Assembly: GCF_053078305.1 (NCBI RefSeq)
Contig: NZ_CP166879.1
Reading direction: 5' to 3' (one strand)
Length of the DNA stretch: 64,000 nucleotides
The notes beneath the pieces are model-generated. The model saw only the letters and a list, made by a program, of their open reading frames with translations, was not told the DNA's origin and ran no database searches. The position numbers were made by a program, and so were the translations under genes. Of the stretch, positions 37,255-46,392 are shown one piece after another (positions within the stretch are counted from its first letter, which is position 1; each line of letters begins with the position of its first letter).

Positions 37255-39312
37255 ATGAATATTATGACGTCCAAATGGGTTCAACTATCATCAATGCCCG
37301 GAAACTTTACCGTTAAAGTTTCCGGTGGTACAGCGGCATTTCTTGAGGCTCCTTTTCCTCCGGCTGAAACGAAAGGAGGAATGACATTTGCTGACTGTCT
37401 CATCAGTTTTAATACACAGGATTGCCTGTGGGTAAGGCCAGTATCCGGTGATCCGAACGTGGAAATTACCGGAGCGGGTATTGGTGCTGTCATTCCGTTA
37501 AGTGCTGATGTTGCCGGTACTACTGAACCGTCAGACTGGGATAATGCTGAAACACATACCCGTCCGGCAGGAAATGAAACGGCTTCCAGCTCCCCTTCCT
37601 GGTATTACGTGATTGTTATAGCCGGTCAGTCCAATGCTTCATCTTATGGTGAAGGGTTGCCCCTGCCGGATTCTTATGATCGTCCTGATCCACGTATTAT
37701 GCAGCTGGCACGCAGGAATACACAAACCCCCGGAGGTATTCCCTGCAAATACAATGAAATCATTCCAGCAGATCACTGCCTTCATGATGTTCAGAATATG
37801 AGTCTGCTGAACCATCCAAAAGCAGACCTGAAAAAAGGGCAGTATGGTTGTGTGGGTCAGGGACTTCATATTGCGAAAAAAGTATTACCGGTGATTCCTG
37901 CTGATGCCGGGATTTTACTGGTTCCCTGTGCCCGTGGCGGCTCTGCTTTTACAACCGGCGCAGTTGGCTCATTCGATCCGGCAAGTGGTGCAGCCGAGGC
38001 GTCACTACGCTGGGGAGTGGATACCCCACTGTATCAGGATCTTGTCAGTCGAACGAAAGCGGCACTTGAGGCGAATCCAAAGAATGTGCTGTTATCTGTC
38101 GTATGGATTCAGGGGGAAGGAGACCTTAAAGCGACCCCGGCCCAGCATGGTGCCCAGTTTACTGCGATGGTGAAAAAATTCCGTGCGGATCTTGGTGCTT
38201 TCTCCGGTCAGTGTATTGGTGGTTCATCAGACAGTGTGCCGTGGTTATGTGGTGACACAACCTATGACTGGAAAGAGAAGAACCCGGCGGCATATGAAAC
38301 CATTTATAGCGGATATAAAAACCGGGCTTCCGAGAACATTCACTTTGTTCCACTGATGCACGATGAGTTCGGTAATAAAACCGCGACCAACCTGCCGGAG
38401 CACGACCCGGATATCGCTTCTGCCGGGTATTATGGTGCGGAATCACGGGGAGATGGCAACTGGACAACAGCATCCAGGGCAACCCATTTTAGCTCCTGGG
38501 CGCGCCGTTTTCTGGTCTCAGATCGTTTTGCATCAGCAATTCTTAAATATGCAGGTCTGACCTCTGCATTTATTGCCGGTGTGGCCCCTGATGGTGAAGC
38601 CCTGCCTCAGCCCGCGCCGGGTGGAAAACCGGAAGCTCCGACAGGTAGTCAGCCAGGAAGCAGTGAGTCCCCCCAGCCGACATCCCCGTCACTCCGTACG
38701 CTGCTTTCACTTAAAGCATCAGCAGGGGAAGCCCCGGCTCAGGGATGGAAAATTACAGATGGTACAATCCAGCTGACGGACGAAGGTAAAGCGCTGACCG
38801 TATCCAAACAAAGCGGAAAAACCTGGTCACTTACCCATGCGACCAGTGCTGCCGGAGAGCTGTTGCAGCATGGTGGTCAGTTGACCTGTAAATTCCGTCT
38901 GTCAGGTGAAGTAAAAGAAGGCCAGTTTGCTCTGGGTATTTACCTCCACACCGATACGGTCCCGGAAGGTGTAACCATGAGTGGTACAGGCACACCGTTC
39001 CTGATGGCGTATTATCTCCAGACAACAGGCGGCCAGTTAAATCTGATGCACCATAAAACAGGGGGGAATACGAAACTGGGATCATTTGGAGCCTACAATA
39101 ACCAGTGGCATACACTTGTCCTGAAGTTTACGGCGGGAAGTGCCCAGGTAACGCCTGTGCTGGATGGCACTCCGGGCCAGGCATTCCAGATGGTGAAAGA
39201 TGCACTTTCCCCTGCCAAAGATACGCTGACACTGACAGATGTCACCAAAGGGGCAACTTATGGCGTGTCTTTTGAGAGCGTTGTCCTTGAGGTTAATACC
39301 CCTGCGGCATAA
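37255..39312 (+). CDS. NanS-like SGNH esterase (putative 9-O-acetyl sialic acid esterase) with C-terminal extension
   Basis: 685 aa; residues ~115-430 closely resemble recalled E. coli NanS/YjhS (YYVIVIAGQSNASSYGEGLPLPDS…DTPLYQDLVSRTKAAL…CGDTT…DRF); ~250 aa extra C-terminal domain. Confidence 0.7.
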   Translation: MNIMTSKWVQLSSMPGNFTVKVSGGTAAFLEAPFPPAETKGGMTFADCLISFNTQDCLWVRPVSGDPNVEITGAGIGAVIPLSADVAGTTEPSDWDNAETHTRPAGNETASSSPSWYYVIVIAGQSNASSYGEGLPLPDSYDRPDPRIMQLARRNTQTPGGIPCKYNEIIPADHCLHDVQNMSLLNHPKADLKKGQYGCVGQGLHIAKKVLPVIPADAGILLVPCARGGSAFTTGAVGSFDPASGAAEASLRWGVDTPLYQDLVSRTKAALEANPKNVLLSVVWIQGEGDLKATPAQHGAQFTAMVKKFRADLGAFSGQCIGGSSDSVPWLCGDTTYDWKEKNPAAYETIYSGYKNRASENIHFVPLMHDEFGNKTATNLPEHDPDIASAGYYGAESRGDGNWTTASRATHFSSWARRFLVSDRFASAILKYAGLTSAFIAGVAPDGEALPQPAPGGKPEAPTGSQPGSSESPQPTSPSLRTLLSLKASAGEAPAQGWKITDGTIQLTDEGKALTVSKQSGKTWSLTHATSAAGELLQHGGQLTCKFRLSGEVKEGQFALGIYLHTDTVPEGVTMSGTGTPFLMAYYLQTTGGQLNLMHHKTGGNTKLGSFGAYNNQWHTLVLKFTAGSAQVTPVLDGTPGQAFQMVKDALSPAKDTLTLTDVTKGATYGVSFESVVLEVNTPAA

Positions 39313-39584
39313 TCGTGACGGCCGGGAATTTATCCGGCTGTAACATCAGTTAATAAGAGTGAGGCTTATATGACATATATAAACGTCTGCCTGCTGTATT
39401 TCTGCACGGTGGTTTGTTGTCTGTTGCTTGTCAGCGGTGGTTATAAAATTATTCGCAATTATTTTCGAAATAAAATTGATGCAGCTGCCGAGGAAAAGAT
39501 AAAAAGCGGTGCTGTAATGCCGCAGCCGAAAGACTCCGGTCAGATTTAATTTTTTGTGAACCAGAAAAGGAAAGGAGAATATTC

Positions 39585-39830
39585 ATGCCAGAGATTAAAG
39601 GCACGGTTACTGAAGAGCTTGTCAAACAGGCACTTTATTCTGAAGAAGTGAACCGCGTGCTGAAGGCGCAGGTTCGCAAGGATTTTGAGGCACAAATCGA
39701 CGCATATGTTGATGAAGTGCTGGCCCGAATGGTTGGCCATTCTCCGGCTGAAAACAGCACGGAGAATGAGCCTCAGCCCGTAGAGCAACCAGAGCCGGTT
39801 CAGCCCGGAACTGACAGTGCCATGATGTAA
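39585..39830 (+). CDS. hypothetical small acidic protein
   Basis: 81 aa ORF with strong SD AAAGGAAAGGAG upstream. Confidence 0.4.
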   Translation: MPEIKGTVTEELVKQALYSEEVNRVLKAQVRKDFEAQIDAYVDEVLARMVGHSPAENSTENEPQPVEQPEPVQPGTDSAMM

Positions 39831-39904
39831 CAATACAAACCGACAGCTTCTCCTGTCGGTTTGATTTTCATGGGCGATGTATATACCAGTCAGAGGAAAT
39901 AATC

Positions 39905-40105
39905 ATGGACAAGAACAAAAAGCAGCCCGATACCAAAGGTCTGGAAATATTAAGCGCAGAAATTATCAATGCGCTACGTTCAGGACTTGATGAAAATACA
40001 TTACAGGATCGAAACTTCACCACTGCAATGTGGATAGCGATGCAGATCCTGTGTACCCCAAGATGCGCTATTTTTGCGGTTCGTGAGGGTCAGTTGACTC
40101 GCTGA
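39905..40105 (+). CDS. hypothetical small protein
   Basis: 66 aa ORF, weak support. Confidence 0.3.
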   Translation: MDKNKKQPDTKGLEILSAEIINALRSGLDENTLQDRNFTTAMWIAMQILCTPRCAIFAVREGQLTR

Positions 40106-40298
40106 TTGCCCGAATTACATCAGAAAAGCACGCGTTCCATAATTGCATAGCTGATGAATCACCAGCTGTATGAAAAGAGGTAAAGACACAACTGGTGGAT
40201 GTCATTGCTGCAATTGTGATATCAGCTGCAATTCGCGCAGCCTGTAACTTTTGGTCGGTGGTCAGTTTATCCATTTTCTCCTGCCTGAACAGATGCAT
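40068..40298 (-). CDS. hypothetical small protein
   Basis: 76 aa ORF on the opposite strand overlapping the previous ORF; only one of the two is likely real. Confidence 0.25.
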   Translation of the reverse strand: MHLFRQEKMDKLTTDQKLQAARIAADITIAAMTSTSCVFTSFHTAGDSSAMQLWNACFSDVIRAISESTDPHEPQK

Positions 40299-40529
40299 CT
40301 CTGCTTTACAGGAGGCCGGGGAATATCATAGGATACACCACGAGCTCAGAGTGAAGCATTGATGCAGTTTTTTACAGATTGACCCAGAATAGTTCGCGCT
40401 ATCTGAGTCGCCATTTATGTAGTCCCGAAGTAAAGCATTGATGCAAACTTGTCTAAATCGGCCCAGCATAGTTCCAGCTATGCTGGGTTTCCCTTTTATG
40501 TAGTATCCTGTTGATTTGAAACATACTAC

Positions 40530-40760
40530 ATATACGCGCGATCCTACCTTCACTGGATAAAAAGTCAATAAAATGATCATTTTATGATCGTTTTCACCAC
40601 CTAACTCTTCGTTTTCTTTAAGTAAATAATCACCGCCCTGAATCATTGTTGATGACTTTTCAATCTATTTGTTGTATCAATTAAACAAATCGAATCGATC
40701 GTTTTTGTCGATCGATTGCATGAGAAAGGCATCAACAACAAAGCAGGAGGTTATGCGGCC
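40530..40760. promoter_or_regulatory. putative mom operon control region with clustered Dam (GATC) sites
   Basis: GATC at 40540, 40575, 40586, 40697 and 40710 within ~180 bp upstream of com; Dam-regulated mom promoter in Mu is established knowledge. Confidence 0.45.
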
Positions 40761-40961
40761 ATGTATCGAAACATACGGTGCCGACACTGCAATAAGCTAC
40801 TGGCACGGGCCAGTTTCAGTTATCTGGAAGTAAAATGTCCGCGCTGTAAAACCCTCAATCAAATCACATCTCCGAGCGCCACAGAGCACCCCACATACAC
40901 AAGGAAATCCTGTCGTGGGGAACAGAAAGCAAGTCACATCCCGTATCATCAGCACGCCTGA
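40761..40961 (+). CDS. com: Com-like zinc-finger translational activator
   Basis: 66 aa from the ATG at 40761: [14 protein letters not shown]…[10 protein letters not shown], two CxxC pairs as in Mu Com; 3' end overlaps the mom start. Confidence 0.7.
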   Translation: MYRNIRCRHCNKLLARASFSYLEVKCPRCKTLNQITSPSATEHPTYTRKSCRGEQKASHIPYHQHA

Positions 40962-41652
40962 ACTTATTCGCTATAACGACAATATCGTTGGTTATGGTTC
41001 CCGTGAGTTGCGGGTTGAGACAATAAGTTGCTGGCTGGCCAGACTGGTTATCGTCAATAAACATTACAGCCACCGTTTCGTAAATAACTCCTACCTTCAT
41101 CTGGGCATATTTTCAGAACGGGAACTTGTTGGCGTAATGCAATGGGGTTACGCCCTTAACCCAAACAGTGGTGCACGCGTCGTAACGGGTACGCAGAACC
41201 GAGAATATATGGAGCTGAACCGGCTATGGATGCATGACTGTATGCCGAGAAACTCCGAATCAAGGGCAATCAGTTACGCGCTCAAGCTAATCAGGCAGCT
41301 TTATCCGCAGGTACAGTGGGTTCAGTCGTTTGCAGATGAGCGTTGTGGCTGTCTTGGTGTCGTGTATCAGGCAAGCAATTTTGATTATGTAGGCAGCCAT
41401 GAAACAATATTCTATGAACTTGATGGCGAGTGGTATCACGAGATTTGCAGGAATGCCATTAAACGAGGCGGACAACGAGGTGAACATCTGAGGGCTAATA
41501 TCGACAGAGCCAGTGTGCATAAGTTCCGACAGTTTCGTTACATCCGGTTTCTGAACAAGAGGGCCAGAAAACGCCTCAACACAAAGCTATTCAAAGTCCA
41601 GCCTTACCCAAAACCACAAACAGTTAAAACTGGTTTGAAAGAGAGTGAATGA
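40915..41652 (+). CDS. mom: Mom-like DNA modification protein
   Basis: 245 aa ORF (GTG start) overlapping com and located at the right phage end, the Mu com/mom arrangement; function by position and architecture. Confidence 0.6.
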   Translation: MGNRKQVTSRIISTPELIRYNDNIVGYGSRELRVETISCWLARLVIVNKHYSHRFVNNSYLHLGIFSERELVGVMQWGYALNPNSGARVVTGTQNREYMELNRLWMHDCMPRNSESRAISYALKLIRQLYPQVQWVQSFADERCGCLGVVYQASNFDYVGSHETIFYELDGEWYHEICRNAIKRGGQRGEHLRANIDRASVHKFRQFRYIRFLNKRARKRLNTKLFKVQPYPKPQTVKTGLKESE

Positions 41653-41710
41653 GCGCTTAAAAACTCATTCTAAAACTCAAAAGAAAAGCGCCGATTTAGT
41701 ATCAAATAAG

Positions 41711-41764
41711 TTGCGTATCGGCGTTTTTCAGCGGTATCAAATGAAATGCAAATCGGTATCAAAA
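41711..41764. repeat. right-end transposase-binding repeats (attR-like)
   Basis: CGTATCGG (41714-41721), GCGGTATCAAA (41731-41741), TCGGTATCAAA (41753-41763), inverted relative to the left-end copies. Confidence 0.6.
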
Positions 41765-43030
41765 AAATCGCCGCGCTATACCCACCAGACTCATTCCTGC
41801 CCAGCCTACAGGACTCAGGTTACCGTAAAGAATGACCGCCAATATTGCCAGTCCACCCCATTGCAAAAAAGTATCAGGCCGGTAAAACGAAGACTTTTTA
41901 CGCGGCAGATAAAATTTCTGCATCCGTAAAAATGCCCTGCGTAAGACTCTGTTGCGTCTCCCCGTAAGAACGACCTTATCGCCTTTACGAAATAACGCTT
42001 CCAGTAATAACTGCTCTGCGGGCAGTAATACCTCATTATTTCTGGTCGCGCCTTCATTAACACGAATCAGGATTTGCTGGTTCTTATCATACTGATCTTC
42101 CAGATGAATTTTTCCTTTCACAATCAGATTTACGATATCGGCACAAAACCCTTTATCGTCGTAAACCAGCTTCGCATCGAGACGTAACATGCCGGGCGTG
42201 TAATCTGGCGGAATGACATCGGTTTCAATCACATCTACCGGCGTAAATTGCGGCCTGCGCTTCCAGAGATATAACCATCCACAAACCAGGAATAGACACG
42301 GAAACCAAATTAACAACGATGACGTGGAGGGTAAAAGAAGATGGCTGAAAATATTCGTCGTTTGTGGAGCCGGGGCATTGCTAAGTAACGAGTGAGGCCA
42401 ACGGTAGAGGACCGTGAAATCTTCACGATAAAACGGATCGCTGGATTCAATTCTTCCGTCCTCAAGGATGCGGCCATTTCGATATGTGTCGCCCTCTTCT
42501 CCAGTAAAGAGATCGATTTCGCTAAATGGATTACCCGCGATATCAGGGAACTTGAGTGAAAATCGGGTCTTATAGATTTCAAACGGCCAGTGGTTACCAG
42601 TCACGTTCCAGATTAACAGATCTGAATCTCCCTCACGCAGGAAAGCATTTTTAACCTGATAATGAATTTGATAATGATAGTCGCCTTGGGGCAAGAAACG
42701 TTGTTTATCGCCCACGACAATACTCATTAACCCGATATGCCAGTCAAGATGCCAGGGTTCAGGAATACCATCACGGGTTACGCCAACAATATGATAGTTC
42801 AGCAGTGCTGCGTCCCCATCAGGCTGCATCCAGAGTCGTGGTAAATCACGATAAAATCCGTGCTTAATCTGCTGATTTCGCGCCTGAAAATGAATGTTCT
42901 CTTTGATGTCGAGCACCCCATCCGGTTGCAGAGTGGCTTCAGAAGGGATCTCCGTGTTTTCTGCATAACTTAGAGATGATACAAACAGCCCTGCTATCAA
43001 CAGCAAAATGCAGCGAAACTTCCCTGCCAT
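41759..43030 (-). pseudogene. yciQ: yciQ 5' fragment (N-terminal part), truncated by the prophage; stop codon formed at the junction
   Basis: 423 aa ORF with signal peptide whose TGA (41759-41761) lies inside the phage terminal motif. Confidence 0.75.
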
Positions 43031-43057
43031 AGTCTTCCATCCGTGGAACGCAATTTG

Positions 43058-43678
43058 TTATAAGAAAGGCTTCACATCACCTACGCCTTCACGCACCACG
43101 ACCGGCGTATCATCGGTAAGATCAATAACCGTTGTTGGTTTCTGCCCGAGATAGCCGCCGTGAATGATCAAATCCACCTGTTTTTCCAGACGGTCTTTAA
43201 TTTCTTCCGGATCGGATTCGGTAAATTCGCTGCCTGGCAGCATTAGCGAAGTGGAAAGCATCGGTTCGCCCAGTGCTTCAAGCAACGCCTGCGCAATCGG
43301 GTTAGAAGGCACACGCATACCGATGGTTTTGCGTTTTTCCTGCAACAGACGGCGTGGCACCTCCTTCGTCCCCTTCAGGATGAAGGTATAGTTGCCCGGC
43401 GTGTTGTTTTTCATTAAACGAAACGCAACGTTATCGACAAATGAATAGGTCGAGAGTTCAGAAAGATCGCGACACATCAGGGTAAAGTTGTGACCGTCCG
43501 GCAGCTGGCGAATACGACAAATACGCTCCATCGCGTTTTTATCTTCAATTTTACAGCCGAGCGCATAGCCGGAATCGGTTGGATAAACAATCACCCCGCC
43601 TTTACGCACGATCTCCACCGCCTGGTTGATCAGACGTTGCTGCGGGTTATCAGGATGAATATAAAAAAACTGGCTCAT
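43058..43678 (-). CDS. yciO: Sua5/YciO/YrdC-family protein YciO
   Basis: Matches recalled YciO from MSQFFYIHPDNPQQR…; start taken at 43678 rather than the upstream ORF-track start. Confidence 0.9.
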   Translation of the reverse strand: MSQFFYIHPDNPQQRLINQAVEIVRKGGVIVYPTDSGYALGCKIEDKNAMERICRIRQLPDGHNFTLMCRDLSELSTYSFVDNVAFRLMKNNTPGNYTFILKGTKEVPRRLLQEKRKTIGMRVPSNPIAQALLEALGEPMLSTSLMLPGSEFTESDPEEIKDRLEKQVDLIIHGGYLGQKPTTVIDLTDDTPVVVREGVGDVKPFL

Positions 43679-44556
43679 AATTCCCTCTCTGTGGTGTTCT
43701 GCGGCTGTTCCCATAGCTGCCAGACGCCTTCAACGCCTGCGGGCAGCCAGAGTTTACGACCCAGTTCGATCCACGGGCATGGCTGATGAAAATCAGATCC
43801 TTGTGATGCCCATAAATGGTGCTGGCGGGCAAGCGTCGCCAGCTGGGTACGTTCATTGGGCGATTGCTGGCACTGCGCGACTTCCATCGCGTCGCCGTCG
43901 TGTTCGGCAAAATGCGCAACCAATCTTTTCAGCCATTTAGCACTAAGATTGTACCGCCCAGGATGAGCTAGCACCGCCTTACCGCCAGAATGATGAATGA
44001 CATCAATAGCTTGTTCTATTGTACACCACTGTGGCGGAACGTATCCGGTTTTCCCGCGCGCCAGATACTTTTTAAAGACATCCGCCATTGAACTGGCTTT
44101 GCCGCACTCAACAAGGAAACGCGCAAAATGACCGCGCGTCACTGCGCCGCCCTGCGCCAGTCGTTGTGCGCCTTCCAGCGCCCCAGGTATTTGCGCTTTT
44201 TCAAGTCTTTCGGCAATTTGCTGCGCCCGCTGATTGCGCCGTTCTGTCTGCTGCGCGAGGAACTCACACATTAGCGGATGAGTAATATCAATATTCAGCC
44301 CGACAATATGAATTTCATGATTTTCCCAGACCGTGGAAATTTCCACGCCGGGAATAAGATTCAGCGCCAGTCCCGAACGTGAAATTTCCTCTCTTGCTGG
44401 CGCGATTGCAGCTGTGGTGTCATGGTCGGTGATCGCCAAGGTGCCGACGCGCATCTCGACTGCACGGTGCACCAATGCTTCTGGCGTCAGGCAGCCATCG
44501 GAAGCTGTGGTATGGCTGTGCAGGTCGTAAATCACTGCGTAATTCGTGTCGCTCAA
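43675..44556 (-). CDS. trpH: PHP-domain phosphoesterase TrpH/YciV
   Basis: 293 aa with PHP motifs (HSHTTASDG…), located upstream of the trp promoter. Confidence 0.9.
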   Translation of the reverse strand: MSDTNYAVIYDLHSHTTASDGCLTPEALVHRAVEMRVGTLAITDHDTTAAIAPAREEISRSGLALNLIPGVEISTVWENHEIHIVGLNIDITHPLMCEFLAQQTERRNQRAQQIAERLEKAQIPGALEGAQRLAQGGAVTRGHFARFLVECGKASSMADVFKKYLARGKTGYVPPQWCTIEQAIDVIHHSGGKAVLAHPGRYNLSAKWLKRLVAHFAEHDGDAMEVAQCQQSPNERTQLATLARQHHLWASQGSDFHQPCPWIELGRKLWLPAGVEGVWQLWEQPQNTTEREL

Positions 44557-44631
44557 GGCGCACTCCCGTTCTGGATAATGTTTTTTGCGCCGACATCATA
44601 ACGGTTCTGGCAAATATTCTGAAATGAGCTG

Positions 44632-44665
44632 TTGACAATTAATCATCGAACTAGTTAACTAGTAC
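44632..44665 (+). promoter_or_regulatory. trp promoter and TrpR operator
   Basis: TTGACA at 44632-44637, TTAACT at 44655-44660, palindromic operator CGAACTAGTTAACTAGTACG. Confidence 0.9.
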
Positions 44666-44693
44666 GCAAGTTCACGTAAAAAGGGTATCGACA

Positions 44694-44738
44694 ATGAAAG
44701 CAATTTTCGTACTGAAAGGTTGGTGGCGCACTTCCTGA
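44694..44738 (+). CDS. trpL: trp leader peptide
   Basis: [14 protein letters not shown] with tandem Trp codons. Confidence 0.95.
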
Positions 44739-44780
44739 AACGGGCAGTGTATTCACCATGCGTAAAGCAATCAGATACCC

Positions 44781-44808
44781 AGCCCGCCTAATGAGCGGGC
44801 TTTTTTTT
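44781..44808 (+). terminator. trp attenuator terminator
   Basis: AGCCCGCCTAATGAGCGGGCT hairpin followed by T8. Confidence 0.9.
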
Positions 44809-44829
44809 GAACAAAATTAGAGAATAACA

Positions 44830-46392
44830 ATGCAAACACAAAAACCGACTCTCGAACTGCTAACCTGCGAAGGCGCTTATCGCGACAATCCCACCGCGCT
44901 TTTTCACCAATTGTGTGGGGATCGTCCGGCAACGCTGCTGCTGGAATCCGCAGATATCGACAGCAAAGATGATTTAAAAAGCCTGCTGCTGGTAGACAGT
45001 GCGCTGCGCATTACAGCTTTAGGTGACACTGTCACAATCCAGTCCCTTTCCGGCAACGGCGAAGCCCTGCTGACACTACTGGATAACGCCCTGCCTGCGG
45101 GTGTGGAAAATGAACAATTACCAAACTGCCGTGTGCTGCGCTTCCCCCCTGTTAGTCCACTGCTGGATGAAGACGCTCGCTTATGCTCCCTTTCGGTTTT
45201 TGACGCTTTCCGCTTATTGCAGAATCTGTTGAATGTACCGAAGGAAGAACGAGAAGCCATGTTTTTCGGCGGCCTGTTCTCTTATGACCTTGTGGCGGGG
45301 TTTGAAGATTTACCGCAACTGTCAGCGGAAAATAACTGCCCTGATTTCTGTTTTTATCTCGCTGAAACTCTGATGGTGATTGACCATCAGAAAAAAAGCA
45401 CCCGCATTCAGGCCAGCCTGTTTGCTCCGAATGAAGAAGAAAAACAACGTCTCACTGCTCGCCTGAACGATCTTCGCCAGCAACTGACCGAAGCCGCGCC
45501 GCCGCTGCCGGTGGTTTCCGTGCCGCATATGCGTTGTGAATGTAATCAAAGTGATGACGAGTTCGGTGGCGTAGTGCGTTTGTTGCAAAAAGCGATTCGC
45601 GCCGGAGAAATTTTCCAGGTCGTGCCATCTCGCCGTTTCTCGCTGCCCTGCCCGTCACCGCTGGCGGCCTATTACGTGCTGAAAAAGAGTAATCCCAGCC
45701 CGTACATGTTTTTTATGCAGGATAATGATTTCACCCTGTTTGGCGCGTCGCCGGAAAGTTCGCTCAAGTATGACGCCACCAGCCGCCAGATTGAGATCTA
45801 CCCGATTGCCGGAACACGTCCACGCGGTCGTCGTGCCGATGGTTCACTGGACAGAGACCTCGACAGCCGCATCGAACTGGAAATGCGTACCGATCATAAA
45901 GAGCTTTCTGAACATCTGATGCTGGTGGATCTCGCCCGTAATGATCTGGCACGCATTTGCACCCCCGGCAGCCGCTACGTCGCCGATCTTACCAAAGTTG
46001 ACCGTTACTCTTACGTGATGCACCTGGTCTCCCGCGTGGTCGGTGAGCTGCGCCACGATCTCGACGCCCTACACGCTTACCGCGCCTGTATGAATATGGG
46101 TACGTTAAGCGGTGCGCCGAAAGCACGCGCTATGCAGTTAATTGCCGAGGCTGAAGGTCGTCGCCGCGGCAGCTACGGCGGCGCGGTAGGTTATTTCACC
46201 GCGCATGGCGATCTCGACACCTGCATTGTGATCCGCTCGGCGCTGGTGGAAAACGGTATCGCCACCGTGCAAGCCGGTGCTGGCGTAGTCCTTGATTCTG
46301 TTCCGCAGTCGGAAGCCGACGAAACCCGTAATAAAGCCCGCGCTGTACTGCGCGCTATTGCCACCGCGCATCATGCACAGGAGACTTTCTGA
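44830..46392 (+). CDS. trpE: anthranilate synthase component I
   Basis: 520 aa, matches recalled TrpE. Confidence 0.95.
   Translation: MQTQKPTLELLTCEGAYRDNPTALFHQLCGDRPATLLLESADIDSKDDLKSLLLVDSALRITALGDTVTIQSLSGNGEALLTLLDNALPAGVENEQLPNCRVLRFPPVSPLLDEDARLCSLSVFDAFRLLQNLLNVPKEEREAMFFGGLFSYDLVAGFEDLPQLSAENNCPDFCFYLAETLMVIDHQKKSTRIQASLFAPNEEEKQRLTARLNDLRQQLTEAAPPLPVVSVPHMRCECNQSDDEFGGVVRLLQKAIRAGEIFQVVPSRRFSLPCPSPLAAYYVLKKSNPSPYMFFMQDNDFTLFGASPESSLKYDATSRQIEIYPIAGTRPRGRRADGSLDRDLDSRIELEMRTDHKELSEHLMLVDLARNDLARICTPGSRYVADLTKVDRYSYVMHLVSRVVGELRHDLDALHAYRACMNMGTLSGAPKARAMQLIAEAEGRRRGSYGGAVGYFTAHGDLDTCIVIRSALVENGIATVQAGAGVVLDSVPQSEADETRNKARAVLRAIATAHHAQETF

Larger units (their letters stand above)
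2459..41764. mobile_element. Mu-like transposable prophage (~39.3 kb) inserted in yciQ
   Basis: Mu-type gene order from c/ner/A/B through gam, Mor/C, lysis, terminase, portal, F, G, I, T, tail, Gin segment, com/mom; inverted terminal motifs TTTGATACCGA (2460-2470) and TCGGTATCAAA (41753-41763); host gene split across both flanks. Confidence 0.85.

Noticed and set aside
39371-39445. Short ORF after the esterase that I first read as a 59 aa membrane protein
   Set aside because: Re-reading the codons showed my first translation was in the wrong frame; the ATG-initiated frame is only 24 codons and the hydrophobic frame has no good start.
40326-40646. 106 aa minus-strand ORF
   Set aside because: Spans the repeat and Dam-site control region upstream of com and is AT-rich low complexity; the region is better explained as regulatory DNA.
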